64,000 nucleotides of DNA from Mytilus trossulus (GCF_036588685.1 NC_086376.1:36146001-36210000), one strand, 5' to 3'. Shown: positions 27,101 to 38,429, counted from the stretch's first letter. The notes: generated by a model from the letters alone, not told the origin. Translations and numbers: made by a program.

Positions 27101-30100
27101 TACTACATCCATTTCAAATGTACCAGATTAATATGTAAAATACATCAACTTACCATGCCTGTCCATGGCTTCAAGTCTTTGTTTATTGTCATTGCTCGGA
27201 ACTTTACTGTAAACAGAAAATATGTTGCTCATGAAATTGGGGGTACTTTAAAAGTACAAAGCTTTATTGATAACTCTTCAGGAAACTTGAGGGGTTTTGT
27301 ATGAAAGCAGCTTTTGATAAATTAATACCTCATTGTTTATATATTTTTTTTAAGAATATGTCATGTATGTAGAAAGCCAGCTTCCTTGCATGGTTATCTC
27401 TGGGAAATAATTTAGTAGAAGTAAAGATCAGGAAGATTGATTGATTGTTGGTTGCTTTATGCCGCATTAGCACAAAAAGGCTATATCGCGCTGAGAGCTA
27501 ATTCAAATATTTTTATAATTTAAAGAATATTTTTAATATAAGACAAAAAGTCCTGCAATATACTCAAATTCTAGACTAAAGCAAATTAATTATTTACAAA
27601 TAAAAATCAACGGTAAGATAACTTGACGATTTAGTAGAAGTAATGGTCAGGAAGAGGGCTTTTGAACTTAGTAATTTGACTTTATTGATGCTTCAATTGT
27701 AGCCCTCAATGTGTGATTAACTACAAATGTAATGAATATAGACACTTAAAGTCACTACAAGTAAATTTGGATTGCAGGAGACTTGAGAATTTTTACTTAA
27801 ACAAGTGCTGATTTAGGTGTCTCCAACCCTACACTTCTCTCAAAAAAAATGTACAGCCAATGTTGCCTAACAGAATGTAAGGTCCCCCTATTCAATTTCA
27901 ACACCCCCAAACTCCTCCCCCCTTTTTCCATCAAATCCTGGATTCCTGTCTGTTATCGTTATATAAAGCAATTTATATTAAAACTGTTCCTCTGCATTTT
28001 GTACATGTGCAAAAAAACATTATTTTTTTTGTCTACAATTTCATTATTTAACCCTTTCCTCCATAATGACGCCTTTTGACGCCACCCACTTTACTCCATA
28101 ATGACGCCTTTTGACGCCTGTGTAGTACCTCAGTTGAAACACTTTGACTACAAAGTGTCTGCAGTAGACTTAATAAAGTTTGTATCCAATATAAAAAGAA
28201 ATATCATAGGAATATCCGACTTAAATTTATTTGATGAAATAGTTGTTTTTCGCAATGCCTTAATACTTTAAAGCCTATGTTCAGCATTTTATTAAAAAAA
28301 TCCTATGCAAATCAAGTATGCAAAAAAAATATTTCAATGGAGGAAAGGGTTAACAAATGTATAACAGAACTCTCTCATAAACTGCAGAAGACATTACTAA
28401 GTTGTAAAACTTGATTTTCATCTTTTGTGTACGGTAGTTTCTGAACCATAAAATACGGTTAATCTTCACCATAAACTTTTCAATTTATTGTTGATTTTGC
28501 AAATTTATCATGTACTTTGAAACAGTTTCCTTTTATAACATCTAGTCCTTTGTTTTAAATACACTTGAAACTAATTGCTCACTTAAGTCAAGTCTCCAAT
28601 CTGGACAAATCTGGGTTTTACTACTATCACTGTTTTGTATATTTATCAAATGACCTAGCAGTCATTGACAATTTGATATTTAATATTCACAAGATAAAAC
28701 TAGAAACGGTTTTTACAACATTTTAGTCTGATTTTGCCCTCCAATACACGTTGCTGTCAAATGTCAAATTAATTTGCTATAATGTTCAAAGTTTGCCGGT
28801 TTTTTTTAAAGGTGACAAATAGATTATCTAATCAAAATACTGTGGATTCATTATCATTAGGGTTTCCTGAGATAGCTAGGGGAACCACAAATTCAAGGGA
28901 ATAATCAGGAAAATCTGCATTTACAGACATACATGTATATAATGTATTAAATATCAAAATGCTAGTTCTTATTTTTGCAATGTTCACCAAGTCACATTAT
29001 TTGCATTTATAAAAACTTTGAAAAAATTTATAAATTTACAAGTTCATTAAATAATTTTAAAAGTTCATTAGTTTGCATGAAGAGTTATATTGACAATTCT
29101 TGAGTGGTTAAATTAATATGAAGTGGAGTACTAGTACATGTAGGTTGTACCTATAACATAAATATCTTCCATTGGTCTGTAAATAGGATAAGAATTTTAC
29201 TGATGTCAGGGGCAGATTCAGCCACTTTAAAAAAAAAAAAAGGGGGGGGGGGGGGGGTCCCAACCCAGAGTAAAGGGGGGTTCCAGCTATATGCTTTTAT
29301 TCAAATGCATTGATCATCCAAAAAAAGGGGGGGCTTCAAACCTCCAGAACCCCCCTGGATCTCAAATGGATGTGACAGAAAGAAAAGAATGTGTAAATGT
29401 TACAAAAACATACCTGTCTCCCCTGGCTTATAAATAGGTTTATCAGTTTGTATAAAAGTCTCTAGTGCTGATTCGTGAATCTCCACTTCAGTAGTATCTA
29501 CTCTGGTGACTGTAGTAGAGACACCGGTCTCTAGAACTCTGGTTGTTTCTGTCTGTAGAGTGAGCTTATATTTACCACTAAGGTCAGGAACTGTAAAATG
29601 GTGGCAAACTCTGCCGTCCTCTATTTAAATAAAAAATTGTTCCTTGAAATCATTGCACACAATACAGGACAGGAAAAATGGTTTGTTTTGCTACATTTAG
29701 ACTAAATATAATTCATATAATCATTGATGATTTCATCTCTTTTAAACAAGGAATTACAAATGAATTATTTGAATCTGGAATAATATTTTAAGTTCTAAAA
29801 AAAATACTTCAAAATTTATTAAAAACACTAACCCAAATAAATAGGGTAACCAGTAGCAATGCCCACAAGGTTAAGGTTGTGGGCATTTACTTTCACATAT
29901 TTTTCAGTATGAACTAACTAGCCTTCATGTCTAACCTTCCTAAACTCTTTCTTTTCTGGATTCACCAAGCTATTCTTATCAATTTTTGTAGAATTCAAAA
30001 TGATTCCAGATTCAAAAAAATCCTTGTTTTAATCTCTTTTAATTATTTTTTTTGTCAATATGTAGCATTCATATATACATTTACCATGTTTACCTTTCTA

Positions 30101-33100
30101 TTAAAACTCTGAACATGATCAAGTTGTTTTTAACCCAATGTTATGTTTTATATGTTTATATGACTGCAGTAAGAGAGTATTTAATGAAGAAAAAATTGCC
30201 ACCATGAAAATTTAAGCTCAAAATATTTTAAGATAGTTTTTATAGTTCAGATCTTGTCTTCATGGTCATTATAAAAACCAACCATTAGTAGTGCCATTTC
30301 CCAAGACGACATCACTTTCGTCAACCAAAGACAGCGTTACTATGTAATTAGCTTGTATGTCTTTTTCATCATGGAACGATATACAAAATTCTTCTCTTGA
30401 TCCCTGCCATAAATTACGAGGTGCTGTGAACAAGTACTTACTGAAATATAAAGATGATAAAATATATATATTACATAGAAAGTTGTAATATAATTATAAA
30501 GCTTAAATAATAAGCCAGATATTTCCAGCTTTTAAATAACGATGGATTCCCGAGGGAATGCACAACACTCAGTCATGTACAAATAATATTTATTTACTTG
30601 GACTCACAAACTTGACTTTAACAGTCACAATTCGAACAGAACATTGACTTTAACAGTCAGTTTTTACACAAGTGTACTTGTAGTACTATGTAGTACTAAT
30701 CTGGATACTCTAGGGATCATGAAATACCAAAGAAAATCTGTTTATCAATACTGATAGTGGGATAATTGTCTTCAAGATAAAACCCTAGTCAATTTCTGGC
30801 CCACTTGATTACTCATTAACATAATTATTTTCTATTCTAAAGGAGATAAGAGACTAACATTGTCAAGCATGTCAAGAGGTCCTCAACATTTCTTTTAAAT
30901 ATTGTAATATCTTGATACATGTACTTCAACCTGCTGTCATTATTTTATCGTCAATATGTCAGAGAGGCAAAAGATACCAAAGGGATATATGGTCCTTAAC
31001 AATACTAATCAAATATAAAGTAATGTTTATATACCGGAAATCATGGAAATATTTCAAAGTAATATTCAAACTGGAAGTCCAGGAACAAACAAACTTAAAA
31101 GGATTAAATGTACATTGTATTAAAGTCTCTCTCAAGATATTGGAAATATTGCATTATAGTTGTATCAATTGGCATATAGACCTTGACCTCAATTATAATG
31201 ATACTACCTGAGAATCAAACTCATTTGTGTGTTCTTTCAACTTCATTAATACATTAATTTGATAAATTTCAGATTTCCGCCAACTGATAGAGATAAAAAA
31301 GAAACTTGTATGTAAAAACATGAACAAAACACAAACAATTGTTTAAAAAACATCATTTACACAGTATGGTCATGATGGTCACTATGAGATTTTGTCACTA
31401 TTTAATTACCTCTATGTACATGTATACAAGTACTGTAAATTCAGAAATTATTGGGAATAATGCAACTGGATGAGTATTGCAATAGTAAGAACTCACCTTT
31501 AGATAACTAAAACAGATCTGAATGCAGTCTTTTTTTTTATTCGCAATATAAATTAAACTTGTAGTTTTCCCCATTCTTGCAAAAGCGTAATAACATGAAT
31601 AATAAATGCACGCAATTAATAATAATTTCTGAACTTACAGTATGTGAATAATGTGAGGTAGAGTTTGATTTAAGAATGTTTGTCTGATATACTAGATGTA
31701 TGCAGGGACGTATATAGAAGTTTAAGTACTTGATGTATGTCAAAAAAAACTATATTTTCGTCATTTCTTGAATTTCTCTTGCCCCCAGTAACAATGCTGA
31801 AATATTTAAAGGGAACCCCACACTTTTACTGAAAATAGATTGGACTTGTTTCATTTTTATAAAATTTTGACAAAATATTTGCTTAAATAGATCTTATAAT
31901 ATAAATTTCATGAAATTTAAACACTAAAATTTACTGCAATAATTTCTTTCGTTATTAAGTAATTTAACATACACTAATGCTATTCATTGAGAAGCCTGTT
32001 TTCTCCTTTAGTTTTGGTGTCAAACCACAGATTTCTGACTCCCTTGCTTTCTATTTTTAAGTTTACCAATTTCAGGTTTTTATAGACATATATTTGTTGT
32101 CTACTGCTCTTAAATTTAAATTAAGTGACTGAAATGCAGTTCCTGAGTGTTTAAAGTACCCTAGTAGCCTTTTTATATGTTCTGGAAAATTCAACATCCA
32201 TTTGTACAATGTACATCCATCTTTAATTTCTATAATGCATACTAAGGGTTAAAAGTTTTGTGTAAGTCAAGAATTATAAGACAGGAACTTCCAGCTCTGG
32301 ACCACATGCCCAAGATTATTCCATTTTACATGTATATTAATTTCATGCAAATTCTAATTTTAAATTTTTTGAAAGTAACAGCTACAACAGATGCACGACA
32401 TACATGTATAAATATGCAAAACAAATACTGTGTAAAATTAAATAAGAGCAATGAGTAGGCCACTAATTTAATAGCACTCAATTATATTTTTCAAGTAATT
32501 AAGGGATAACTTTTCAAACCTTTAATACCCAGAAATCTTGTGAATTTACTTATAACTTATAACTACAATACACCTTATTGCTATTCCCACTTAACCTGAG
32601 AATCTGTCCCGCTTGAACTTTTAATGTCATACAACAATCACTTTTCCATTGTGGCATCAGATATTTTTTATTAAGACATCAAAAAAATTATGGGATCTTT
32701 TGTAACGTTCAGTAATGGCGGACAAATTGCAATGAATAAGGTATATAAATTTGTACCATATCAGTTGGTTTTTTAGGTCAAGTCAAGGCTATGAATCAGT
32801 AATGAGCTGATCCAGGAAAATTAGAAATTCAATATTTTAAAAACATGATAGATTATGGAGAGGCAGTAGGAGATGGTGACATCCTGAATCCCCGACCCCA
32901 ACCACAAGTTAATTATAAAGAAATTTAGGGGTGCAAGTGCTTATTCAAATCTAGAATATAAAAATTAAAATCTTTTAAGTTATAGTTTATATATATTGAT
33001 AAACTACATAAAATGCACCCCATTAAAGTGTACATTTGTATATGTATCCTGCTCAAATAACAATGGGGAGGCCCAGAGCTAACTTCAAGATGGGGTTTTC

Positions 33101-33969
33101 AGTGGCAGATCCAAAACTTTTGATAAGGGGGGGGGGGGGGGGGGCTCTGAGACTGAGAGACCTAAGGAGGCTTCTCCAGTCATGCTTCAGTGATACCAAT
33201 ATAATCAACCATTGTCACATTTGTTTCCCACAAAAAGGGGTCCCAGGGCCTATCCCTGGAACTGCCTATGGTAATGGATGGTTTTATTTCAAGTCTGAAT
33301 TTTTTTCACAAACAATTTACATTTATAATTTTAGTTTTTCAAAATTGTCAATTTCAGTATACATGTATTTGTTCAAAATTGTCAATTTCAGTATATTTGT
33401 TCAAAATTGTGACACTATGAGGTATGGGGGAAATCTGGATTCAGAATAACTTTTTTCAAAGTCTGCTTGAACAATATTTCTTCTGATCAATTTGAGAATC
33501 ATAAGAACAAAAATCCCCCCCCCCCCCTTTTTTTTTTGGAAGTTATAAATGGTCTTTCCTTTAGGTCAAATATTTGAAACGCAAAGTAGTCATTCAAATG
33601 CTAAAACTAGTGTTTTTTGGTTGTGTAAACATGACTCTTAAAAAGTTTTATGCACTATATATGATATAGTTTTACCAGGGTCCACAATGCCCGCAAGGCG
33701 CAACATCAAGATCGCCTTATCTGACGTCATGAAAAAGTAATGTAATTCCAGAACTTATCCGGATTGGGATAAGGTGATGCTCTGCATGGGGTGCACATAC
33801 TAAAAAACAAAGAGGCTCTAAGGTGTATTTCATAGTTTATCATTATTTGCTTTCAATTGCACTATAAATAATCAAAATTAAAATACTGCTTAACTTACGT
33901 CGGAGCACCTGTTACTCCACATGTCCATAACGTTAGAAAAGTTATCCACAGCATCAGCGCACCATTCAT
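1..33969 (-). CDS. Alpha-2-macroglobulin/TEP-family gene, 5' part (21 exons, ~896 aa, continues beyond left edge), with Ig, Cys-module and PAN insert
   Basis: Exons in transcription order: 33899-33969, 30283-30440, 29414-29620, 27154-27206, 25453-25525, 24198-24311, 23719-23803, 22879-23008, 19462-19576, 18874-18989, 16199-16372, 15384-15602, 14875-15040, 12535-12588, 8765-8842, 8046-8348, 6171-6261, 5167-5270, 4101-4185, 2026-2147, 1-171. All introns are GT-AG and phases chain without a stop. A2M hallmarks: FIQTDKPIYKPGETVKFR, LSEDPPLGEWKI, FTVQEYVLPKYEV, CAKYTYGKPVKG, WFSPSNSYIHI. Confidence 0.9.
299..1243. mobile_element. Tc1/mariner-like MITE split by an insert at 398-1123
   Basis: Ends CTGTGGATTCATT / AATGAATCCACAG; 8-bp direct repeat ttctctgt at 390-397 and 1124-1131; related half-copy at ~12210-12356. 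Confidence 0.65.
1310..1915. repeat. 31-bp minisatellite, ~19 copies
   Basis: Unit tacatgtaatataacagtgtgtatgtgct(a/t)g. Confidence 0.95.
2026..2147 (-). CDS. A2M-like exon 20, Cys module 2b: KFTDLKTCIEPYWNDCKESTEIQSVSMMLDSYDTLCPENK
   Basis: Same CI.PY...CKE...SVS....Y...C pattern and phases (2-1) as 5167-5270. Confidence 0.85.
2233..3299. mobile_element. Non-autonomous DNA transposon with 8-bp TSD (hAT- or P-like)
   Basis: TIRs CAAGGATCCGGAAA / TTTCCGGGCCCTTG; perfect TSD ttcatatg at 2225-2232 and 3300-3307. Confidence 0.85.
4101..4185 (-). CDS. A2M-like exon 19, Cys module 2a: SKCDMVELSKCMAPMIKLEGNSMLQIC
   Basis: Same CDM.....CM.P...C pattern and same phases (1-2) as 6171-6261. Confidence 0.85.
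4269..4503. repeat. 117-bp tandem duplication, apparently identical copies
   Basis: Two copies offset by 117 nt (4281 vs 4398). Confidence 0.95.
4937..5184. repeat. 27-bp minisatellite derived from the exon 18 3' end plus its splice donor
   Basis: Unit caacttactacacatagaattgtatgt, ~8-9 full or partial copies. Confidence 0.92.
5167..5270 (-). CDS. A2M-like exon 18, Cys module 1b: TYETFDECIKPYRTSCKEQLISVSSLEDMYNSMC
   Basis: Phase 2-1; paralogous to 2026-2147. Confidence 0.85.
6171..6261 (-). CDS. A2M-like exon 17, Cys module 1a: LNSPCDMMALQACMMPVSRINPGNVKEMC
   Basis: Strong polypyrimidine acceptor, GTGAG donor; paralogous to 4101-4185. Confidence 0.85.
6550..6792 (-). pseudogene. Disrupted second Ig-domain exon (pseudo-exon or alternative terminal exon)
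   Basis: Phase-1 acceptor at 6793-6794, then VPEIVMLYKRVGQYVGEEVVLECFITAIPNNYASWLFKI and TAG at 6671-6673. Another frame further on gives TLYVISALD...MCSAANIY, resembling Ig E/F strands. Confidence 0.55.
7300..8015 (+). mobile_element. Helentron-associated (HINE-like) repeat with internal ~160-bp tandem units; related copies ~11350-11780 and ~23150-23645
   Basis: Recurrent gggcataactc...ccaccaaaattcaaacttg...gtttcataacatttggttgaggcaaact units; GACA/GACG microsatellite in the other copies; gggtaaaacttaa..ccc end. Confidence 0.7.
8046..8348 (-). CDS. A2M-like exon 16: complete I-set immunoglobulin domain
   Basis: P.I...P.D....EGQTVEFVC...W.K...TLRLENVTRQDAGIYVCAAENLVG; 303 nt, phase 1-1. Confidence 0.9.
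8765..8842 (-). CDS. A2M-like exon 15: GLTQKEKRSIKEENEESMLRRKKRDI (furin-type site)
   Basis: tttttttcag acceptor, GTTAAT donor; open only in phase 1; joins the Ig exon in frame. Confidence 0.75.
12535..12588 (-). CDS. A2M-like exon 14, 54-nt phase 1-1 exon DDPELGFKPEAENITISL
   Basis: AG acceptor, GTATG donor, open in the phase-1 frame. Confidence 0.7.
   Translation of the reverse strand: MILNLALNQKQRTLPLV
12841..13586. mobile_element. MITE with ~30-bp TIRs and 5-bp TSD
   Basis: CAGTCAGAGATATAACTCTATAGGGTTATT ... AATAACCCTATAGAGTTATATCCCTGACTG; TSD acctt on both sides. Confidence 0.9.
13686..13877. mobile_element. PIF/Harbinger (Tourist-like) MITE
   Basis: TIR GGGCTGTTCCA(A/G)AAAATACTATGTCCCCCC; TAA TSD. 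Confidence 0.9.
14875..15040 (-). CDS. A2M-like exon 13: MG5 strand VLSKSHMVH, then His- and Pro-rich start of the insert
   Basis: VLSKSHMVHHTHVTHHFKSHD...PYTPPPRPTWLYPIDPIPYY; tttcag acceptor, GTAAG donor. Confidence 0.88.
15384..15602 (-). CDS. A2M-like exon 12 (MG4/MG5): ...KKWFSPSNSYIHI...KVKCG...YKFFVQ
   Basis: Conserved FSPS.S(Y/F)I and CG motifs. Confidence 0.93.
16199..16372 (-). CDS. A2M-like exon 11 (MG4): VKVTKPDGSPAPGELI...FTSDDDGLVKF
   Basis: Conserved PDGSP and T.D..G...F motifs. Confidence 0.93.
16866..18809 (-). mobile_element. Non-autonomous Helitron with nested inserts and internal tandem repeats (~17905-18535)
   Basis: Minus-strand 5' a|TCTATACTATTAAA and 3' GC-rich stretch ending gtgttCTAG|t, an A|T target with no TSD. 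Confidence 0.65.
18874..18989 (-). CDS. A2M-like exon 10 (MG3/MG4): ISLNGT...LKF...YFKDAFPYYAR
   Basis: MG4 start motif F...YFK..PY; canonical splice sites. Confidence 0.9.
19462..19576 (-). CDS. A2M-like exon 9 (MG3): IDGCETYMV...LMINATVTEQATG
   Basis: Conserved GC and A.VTE..TG motifs; lies within ORF 19376-19768. Confidence 0.92.
19708..20278. mobile_element. Kolobok-like MITE
   Basis: TTAA on both sides; TIRs AGTCATAAGAAAC / GTTTCTAATGACT. Confidence 0.8.
20872..22065. mobile_element. hAT-like non-autonomous element
   Basis: TAGTGTTG...CAACACTA termini, subterminal aatcgg/ccgat motifs, perfect 8-bp TSD tctcatag (20864-20871, 22066-22073). Confidence 0.85.
22161..22450 (+). mobile_element. 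Short HINE-like element
   Basis: aaacaag start, (GGAC)n microsatellite, tataccc...ggggtata 3' hairpin. Confidence 0.65.
22879..23008 (-). CDS. A2M-like exon 8 (MG3): YTYGKPVKGKVELSVC...RPCATRIMD
   Basis: Conserved YTYGKPV.G motif. Confidence 0.95.
23719..23803 (-). CDS. A2M-like exon 7 (MG3): VLPKYEVTITAPTFL...GTVCAK
   Basis: Conserved YVLPK(F/Y)EV motif. Confidence 0.95.
24198..24311 (-). CDS. A2M-like exon 6 (MG2): GLLSFEMPLSEDPPLGEWKI...FTVQEY
   Basis: Conserved LS.EP.LG.W and F.V.EY motifs. Confidence 0.95.
25453..25525 (-). CDS. A2M-like exon 5 (MG2): LPLVTVKNPGDVRVMQWLNVENNK
   Basis: Conserved xP.xxRxxQW motif; canonical splice sites. Confidence 0.92.
26690..26995 (+). repeat. SINE-like interspersed repeat; copies ~6040-6160, 11870-11945, 41090-41340, 54470-54672, 54975-55120
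   Basis: Shared cattgttgaag...gtgacc...gagagttgtctcattggcaatcataccacatctt 3' block. Confidence 0.7.
27154..27206 (-). CDS. A2M-like exon 4 (MG2): VKFRAMTINKDLKPWTGM
   Basis: Continues the signature (PGET-VKFR); canonical splice sites. Confidence 0.92.
28052..28349. mobile_element. piggyBac-like MITE
   Basis: TTAA|CCCTTTCCTCCAT ... ATGGAGGAAAGGG|TTAA. Confidence 0.9.
29414..29620 (-). CDS. A2M-like exon 3 (MG1/MG2): ...VCHHFTVP...TFIQTDKPIYKPGET
   Basis: Family signature FIQTDKPIYKPG; GTATG donor. Confidence 0.95.
30283..30440 (-). CDS. A2M-like exon 2 (MG1): KYLFTAPRNLWQGSREEFCISFH...
   Basis: tttcag acceptor, GT donor, typical A2M N-terminal YLxTAP...E.FC motif. Confidence 0.9.
31433..31640. 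mobile_element. Tc1/mariner-like MITE (related decayed copy ~10215-10415)
   Basis: TA|CTGTAAATTCAGAAATTATT ... AATAATTTCTGAACTTACAG|TA. Confidence 0.8.
33899..33969 (-). CDS. A2M-like exon 1, signal peptide MNGALMLWITFLTLWTCGVTGAP
   Basis: ATG in aaagATGA context, hydrophobic core, GTAAGT donor; phase 2 matches exon 2. Confidence 0.85.
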
Positions 33970-35614
33970 CTTTGCCGCTGAAGTCATCAAACAATATTAA
34001 TTCGCACTCCTCTGTGTATATATGTTTCACATTCAACCGATTCACTACTTAGAAAAAAATAGTACACAAAAACAAAACAAATCTTTATACAAACACAAAT
34101 TTTAAGCTATGTGACTGAAGTACTTATCGTTATAATCCAACTTATGAAAAATATTTTGAAATACTACTCTCAGTATATCAACAACATGATATCATTAGTC
34201 ACATTAGTCGCGGATCATTTAGATAAAGTCATTACTTGAAAGATAAACAAAATATGTTTACAACTTGAAGATGTTGTTTTCAGCTGTTATCGAGTTATCA
34301 GAAAACTCCTAAATCTTTCCATTAACACGAAGAAAATAAACACTAACTTAACGTTTGCATAATTTGAATTGGGATTTATACAAAGAGTTAGACGTAAGAG
34401 TTAAGTTATGAAAAAACACATATTGATAACCTTGAAAAATAATTAGACATTAGAAACCATGGGGAGGTTTGGAATTAGGGGTAACGTTGATATCTTTGGT
34501 AAGGGTGTGCTATTTTTGCCTAAAAGACGTACCTTTTTCAATATCACATTCATTGAAATTCAGTAACTATAGTTACATAAACCGTATTGAGAGAATAGCA
34601 TTATCATATAATGTACTTAAATCAATGATTTGTAACGGACTTGATGTATACTAGTATACAAATCTTTGCTAATATACAAAATGACCCATGCTTATATAAG
34701 CACTGACTTACTATGTATATCATCACTCATGATAGTATTATACAGCTACCCTTAAGCCTTTTATATATGAATTGACATCGTCAAAACTTTGGTGCCGATG
34801 ATAATTATATACATTGTATAGCCTTATATTTTCGGGTGGACTGAGGCAGTGTAATATTCTCAATATCATGTTCATATGTGTATGATTTTTTTATCATTAT
34901 TATTATTATTTAAATAAAAATGAAAGATACAAATAACTGTGGTTTTGATTGCAAATGGGGCGAAATGATAGAAAATATATTCTGGACTTATCCGTATATA
35001 TCAAGATTGTGCGAAGACATCAGTAACTCCTCGGATATTTGTGAAGATAGAAATATATTTTCTGTTTATATTTTATAATTATTGCACATAAAATGTGGAT
35101 AACTTACGTTTATGTATCGAATGTAAATGTATTTTAATGTATATAAAATGATATATGATGTCATTTGATGAGTTTGGTAGATTTCCTATTTATCTTAACT
35201 ATAATTTTGTCAATGTTTAAACTAATGCCCGTGACTGGAAGGTTTGAAAGACGGATTATTTGTCATTATTATATCATATTTTTTTATGTTAATACAATGT
35301 ACATGATAATCTAGTATAGATTATACTCAGAAAAGGATTAAATTATCTAATTTTTACAGAACTTTATGCAAGTATATTTAAAATAAACTATGAAAGTTGT
35401 TTAACTTCTCAAGTGAAATAAACCAAACAATTAACTCAGAAAAAAGTTCTTATTTTTCGATAAAGATTGTTTTATAAAAACATATTTAGAACTACATGAT
35501 TTAAAAAAAAGACAATTAAATTGTAAATTAAGTCTTTGAAAATTGAAACGAACAGATATTCAAAACAAGTAGTGATCCAAGAGTCTTTGTCTGAGCTTCA
35601 TTTTCTATTTGAAT

Positions 35615-36330
35615 GTTCGAGTTCAGTATCGTACCAGCTACGTAGTGGCTACGTAGCTGCTATCATCAATATCTATGTAACAACTAGTATATAGCTATAC
35701 GTTCAATAGTCTAAATCTACGTAGCACTACGTAGCTGCTACGATACTGAACTCGACCCTAGGTTGCGCTCAACTTGATATCGTAGCGGCTACATAGGGCT
35801 ACGAAGATTTATGACTATGGAACGTGTAGCTATAGACTAGTTGATACATGGATATTGATAGCTGGGCCGCGTTCAATAACATAGCTGCTACGTAGTGCTA
35901 CGTAAATTTTGACTATTGAACGTGTAGCTATAGACTAGCTGCTGCATAGATATTGATAGAAGCTACGACATTGAACTCAACCCAGGTAGCCACTACGTAG
36001 CTGTAACGATATTGAACTCAACCCAGTGTATGATATCAAGAGACAATGATGTGATCAAAATCTACGTAGCACTACGTAGATTTATGACTATTGAACGTGT
36101 AGCTAGCCTTGCTGCTACATAGATATTCAGCGATAGCAGGGCCGCGTTCACTATCGTAGCTGCTACGTAGTGCTACGTAGATTTTGACTATTAGCTATAG
36201 ACTAGTTGCTACATAGATATTAATAGCAGCTACGTAGCTGCTATGATATTGAACTCTGGCAACACTGCTATGCTAGACAAAAAATTACGTAGAATTACGT
36301 AGCCGCTACAATATTGAACGCAACCCTGAT
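35615..36330. repeat. Cluster of nested short palindromic (CTACGTAG-rich) MITE-like repeats
   Basis: Many ctacgtag palindromes; repeated gactattgaacgtgtagctatagactag cores in both orientations; gttcaa/ttgaac ends. Confidence 0.75.
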
Positions 36331-36345
36331 GTTAATACCTTTAAA

Positions 36346-36619
36346 AGCCCCAGTCACACCGTCACGCTTCGTCTATCCCGTTTCGCTACGTGTTCTAAAG
36401 GTAGCGAAACGGCAATATACGTGGTGAATCGTTTCGATCCGTACTTTAAACGGTTCTTTACGTAGTTATGCGTGGTTTAATACGTGATCGGTCTCGTTTT
36501 GAACCGAATTAGAAACGTACTGACCCCATGTAATGCGTACGGAAACATAGTACTACGTAGACTAGTTTATACGTAAAAAAAGCGTATACCTTTCGAAACG
36601 TGACAGTGTAACTGGGGCT
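36346..36619. mobile_element. Harbinger-like MITE
   Basis: AGCCCCAGTCACACCGTCACG ... CGTGACAGTGTAACTGGGGCT in AT-rich (TAA-like) flanks. Confidence 0.75.
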
Positions 36620-37744
36620 TAAAATTCAGTATTAAGTCATTAGGCAGCCATCATAGATTGTTCATCAGAATTTCTCTCTGTATGTTGTTAACGGGAAGAG
36701 TGTATTTTTTAAAGTAAATTCGAAGGGAATCGGTTTATCAAGCAATTGGAGACCACCATTGTTAAATATGTTATCTTCCTAAATGTTGCTGTAATATTTG
36801 GCACTGGACATAAAAAAAAACCCACCTGCAACATACTTCTAGCATTTTACAGAGAGATTGAAGTTTTTATGATTTATTCGTCAGCCATCTCTGACATGTT
36901 TGATTTTAATTATTTCTGTGAAAATTATTTGTTGTTATGGTACACTTTTTAAAGGGTTAACTTGTATAGTATAAAAACGGCTTTTAATAAGTAGCAACAC
37001 CCATAGATTTACATTTTAGAGCAATTTTTTATAGTATATATAACCCTTAAGTAAAAAAAAATGATGTGGTATGAATCTTTCAACTATTTGTTGTTAAACA
37101 ATACTTTATAATGAACGTACCCAGTGATACACTAATGGTTTGTCAATATGGACACTTATTGTACCAGAATGTGGTCGAACGCTAATATCTATAAATGACA
37201 TCCATCTTGAGTGTACTTAGGTTTTCCGATCAGTTGCTCATCCACTTAAAACAACAAGGCATGTGTAAAACTAGAATGGACGTTTTGTATTAATAATACG
37301 TAGTTATATTGGCGTTAATTTTGATAGTATGCATATAGATGTGGTGCGATTGAAATTCTCCAATGTTCAAATGACATTGATATATATTATTGCTATGATG
37401 GGCATACATGTTAACTTTTTGTGCTCACAATCTCCCCCTAACATACATGTAGGACCGCACATTATAGGCACAAACTGTAAAAATCCGTTGCTACAGTATT
37501 TACTGAACTCAAGAAATCGGTACGAATCACAGAAAAACAATCAACACGAATACAATAGACAAATTAACGGTATATGACAACTCGTCGATACGGATAGCTA
37601 GTCAAAATCCAATTTAACTAACAAATAAATCCTGTTTTACCAAACAAAAGTATCAATCAGTACACGTCCAATGGATATAACGTAAATGCGCCATACAAAG
37701 ATGTAGAAACGCATGACCTCAGTGTGCAATGCCAAAATATAGAT

Positions 37745-38270
37745 AATAAGAATGTGTCCATAGTACACGGATGCCCCACTCCCATTATTATTTTCTATGT
37801 TCAGTGGACCGTGAAATTGGGGAAAAAAATCTAATTTGACATTTAAATTAGAAAGATCATAACCTAAGGAACATGTGTATAGTTTCAAGTTGATTGGACT
37901 TCAACTAAATCAAAAACAACCTTGACCAAAAACCTCAACCTGAAACTTGCACTATCATTTTCTATGTTCTATGACCGTGAAATTGGGGTCAAAAGTCTAA
38001 TTTGTCAATTAAAGTAGAAAGATCATATCATAGGGAACATGTGTATTAAGTTTGAAGTTGATTGGACTTCAACTTCATCAAAAACTCCCTTGACCAAAAN
38101 NNNNNNNNNNNNNNNNNNNNNNNNNNNNNNNNNNNNNNNNNNNNNNNNNNNNNNNNNNNNNNNNNNNNNNNNNNNNNNNNNNNNNNNNNNNNNNNNNNNN
38201 NNNNNNNNNNNNNNNNNNNNNNNNNNNNNNNNNNNNATGCCCCTCTTCAATCGTAGGTGGGGCATATAAG
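37745..38270. mobile_element. HINE-like repeat spanning the gap; same family at ~17530-17895 and 51232-51692
   Basis: Shared caacttgaaacttagta.atatgttcc.tatgat...atctttctaat and gtactatggacacattctt blocks. Confidence 0.75.
38100..38236. other. Assembly gap (N run)
   Basis: Run of n characters. Confidence 1.
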
Positions 38271-38429
38271 AAACACTCAAAGACTTTTTTAATTGCTAAA
38301 TTATTATACTTTAAAGATAATTTTATTGGAAGGATTAATGAGTTTACTGGAGTGTATCTAAATTTACAAGCTCTATAAACAATATCATCGTAAGATTAAT
38401 ATGTTGTACCCCATTTTTCTGCTGGAATG

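Noticed and set aside
1-33969. Assigning a specific symbol (A2M, PZP, CD109, C3)
   Set aside because: Thioester, bait and C-terminal domains are outside the window. Motifs favour the A2M subfamily, but orthology cannot be fixed here.
34640-34670. Palindrome around gtatactagtatac as a second transposon footprint
   Set aside because: Arms are short and degenerate, and no TSD can be shown.
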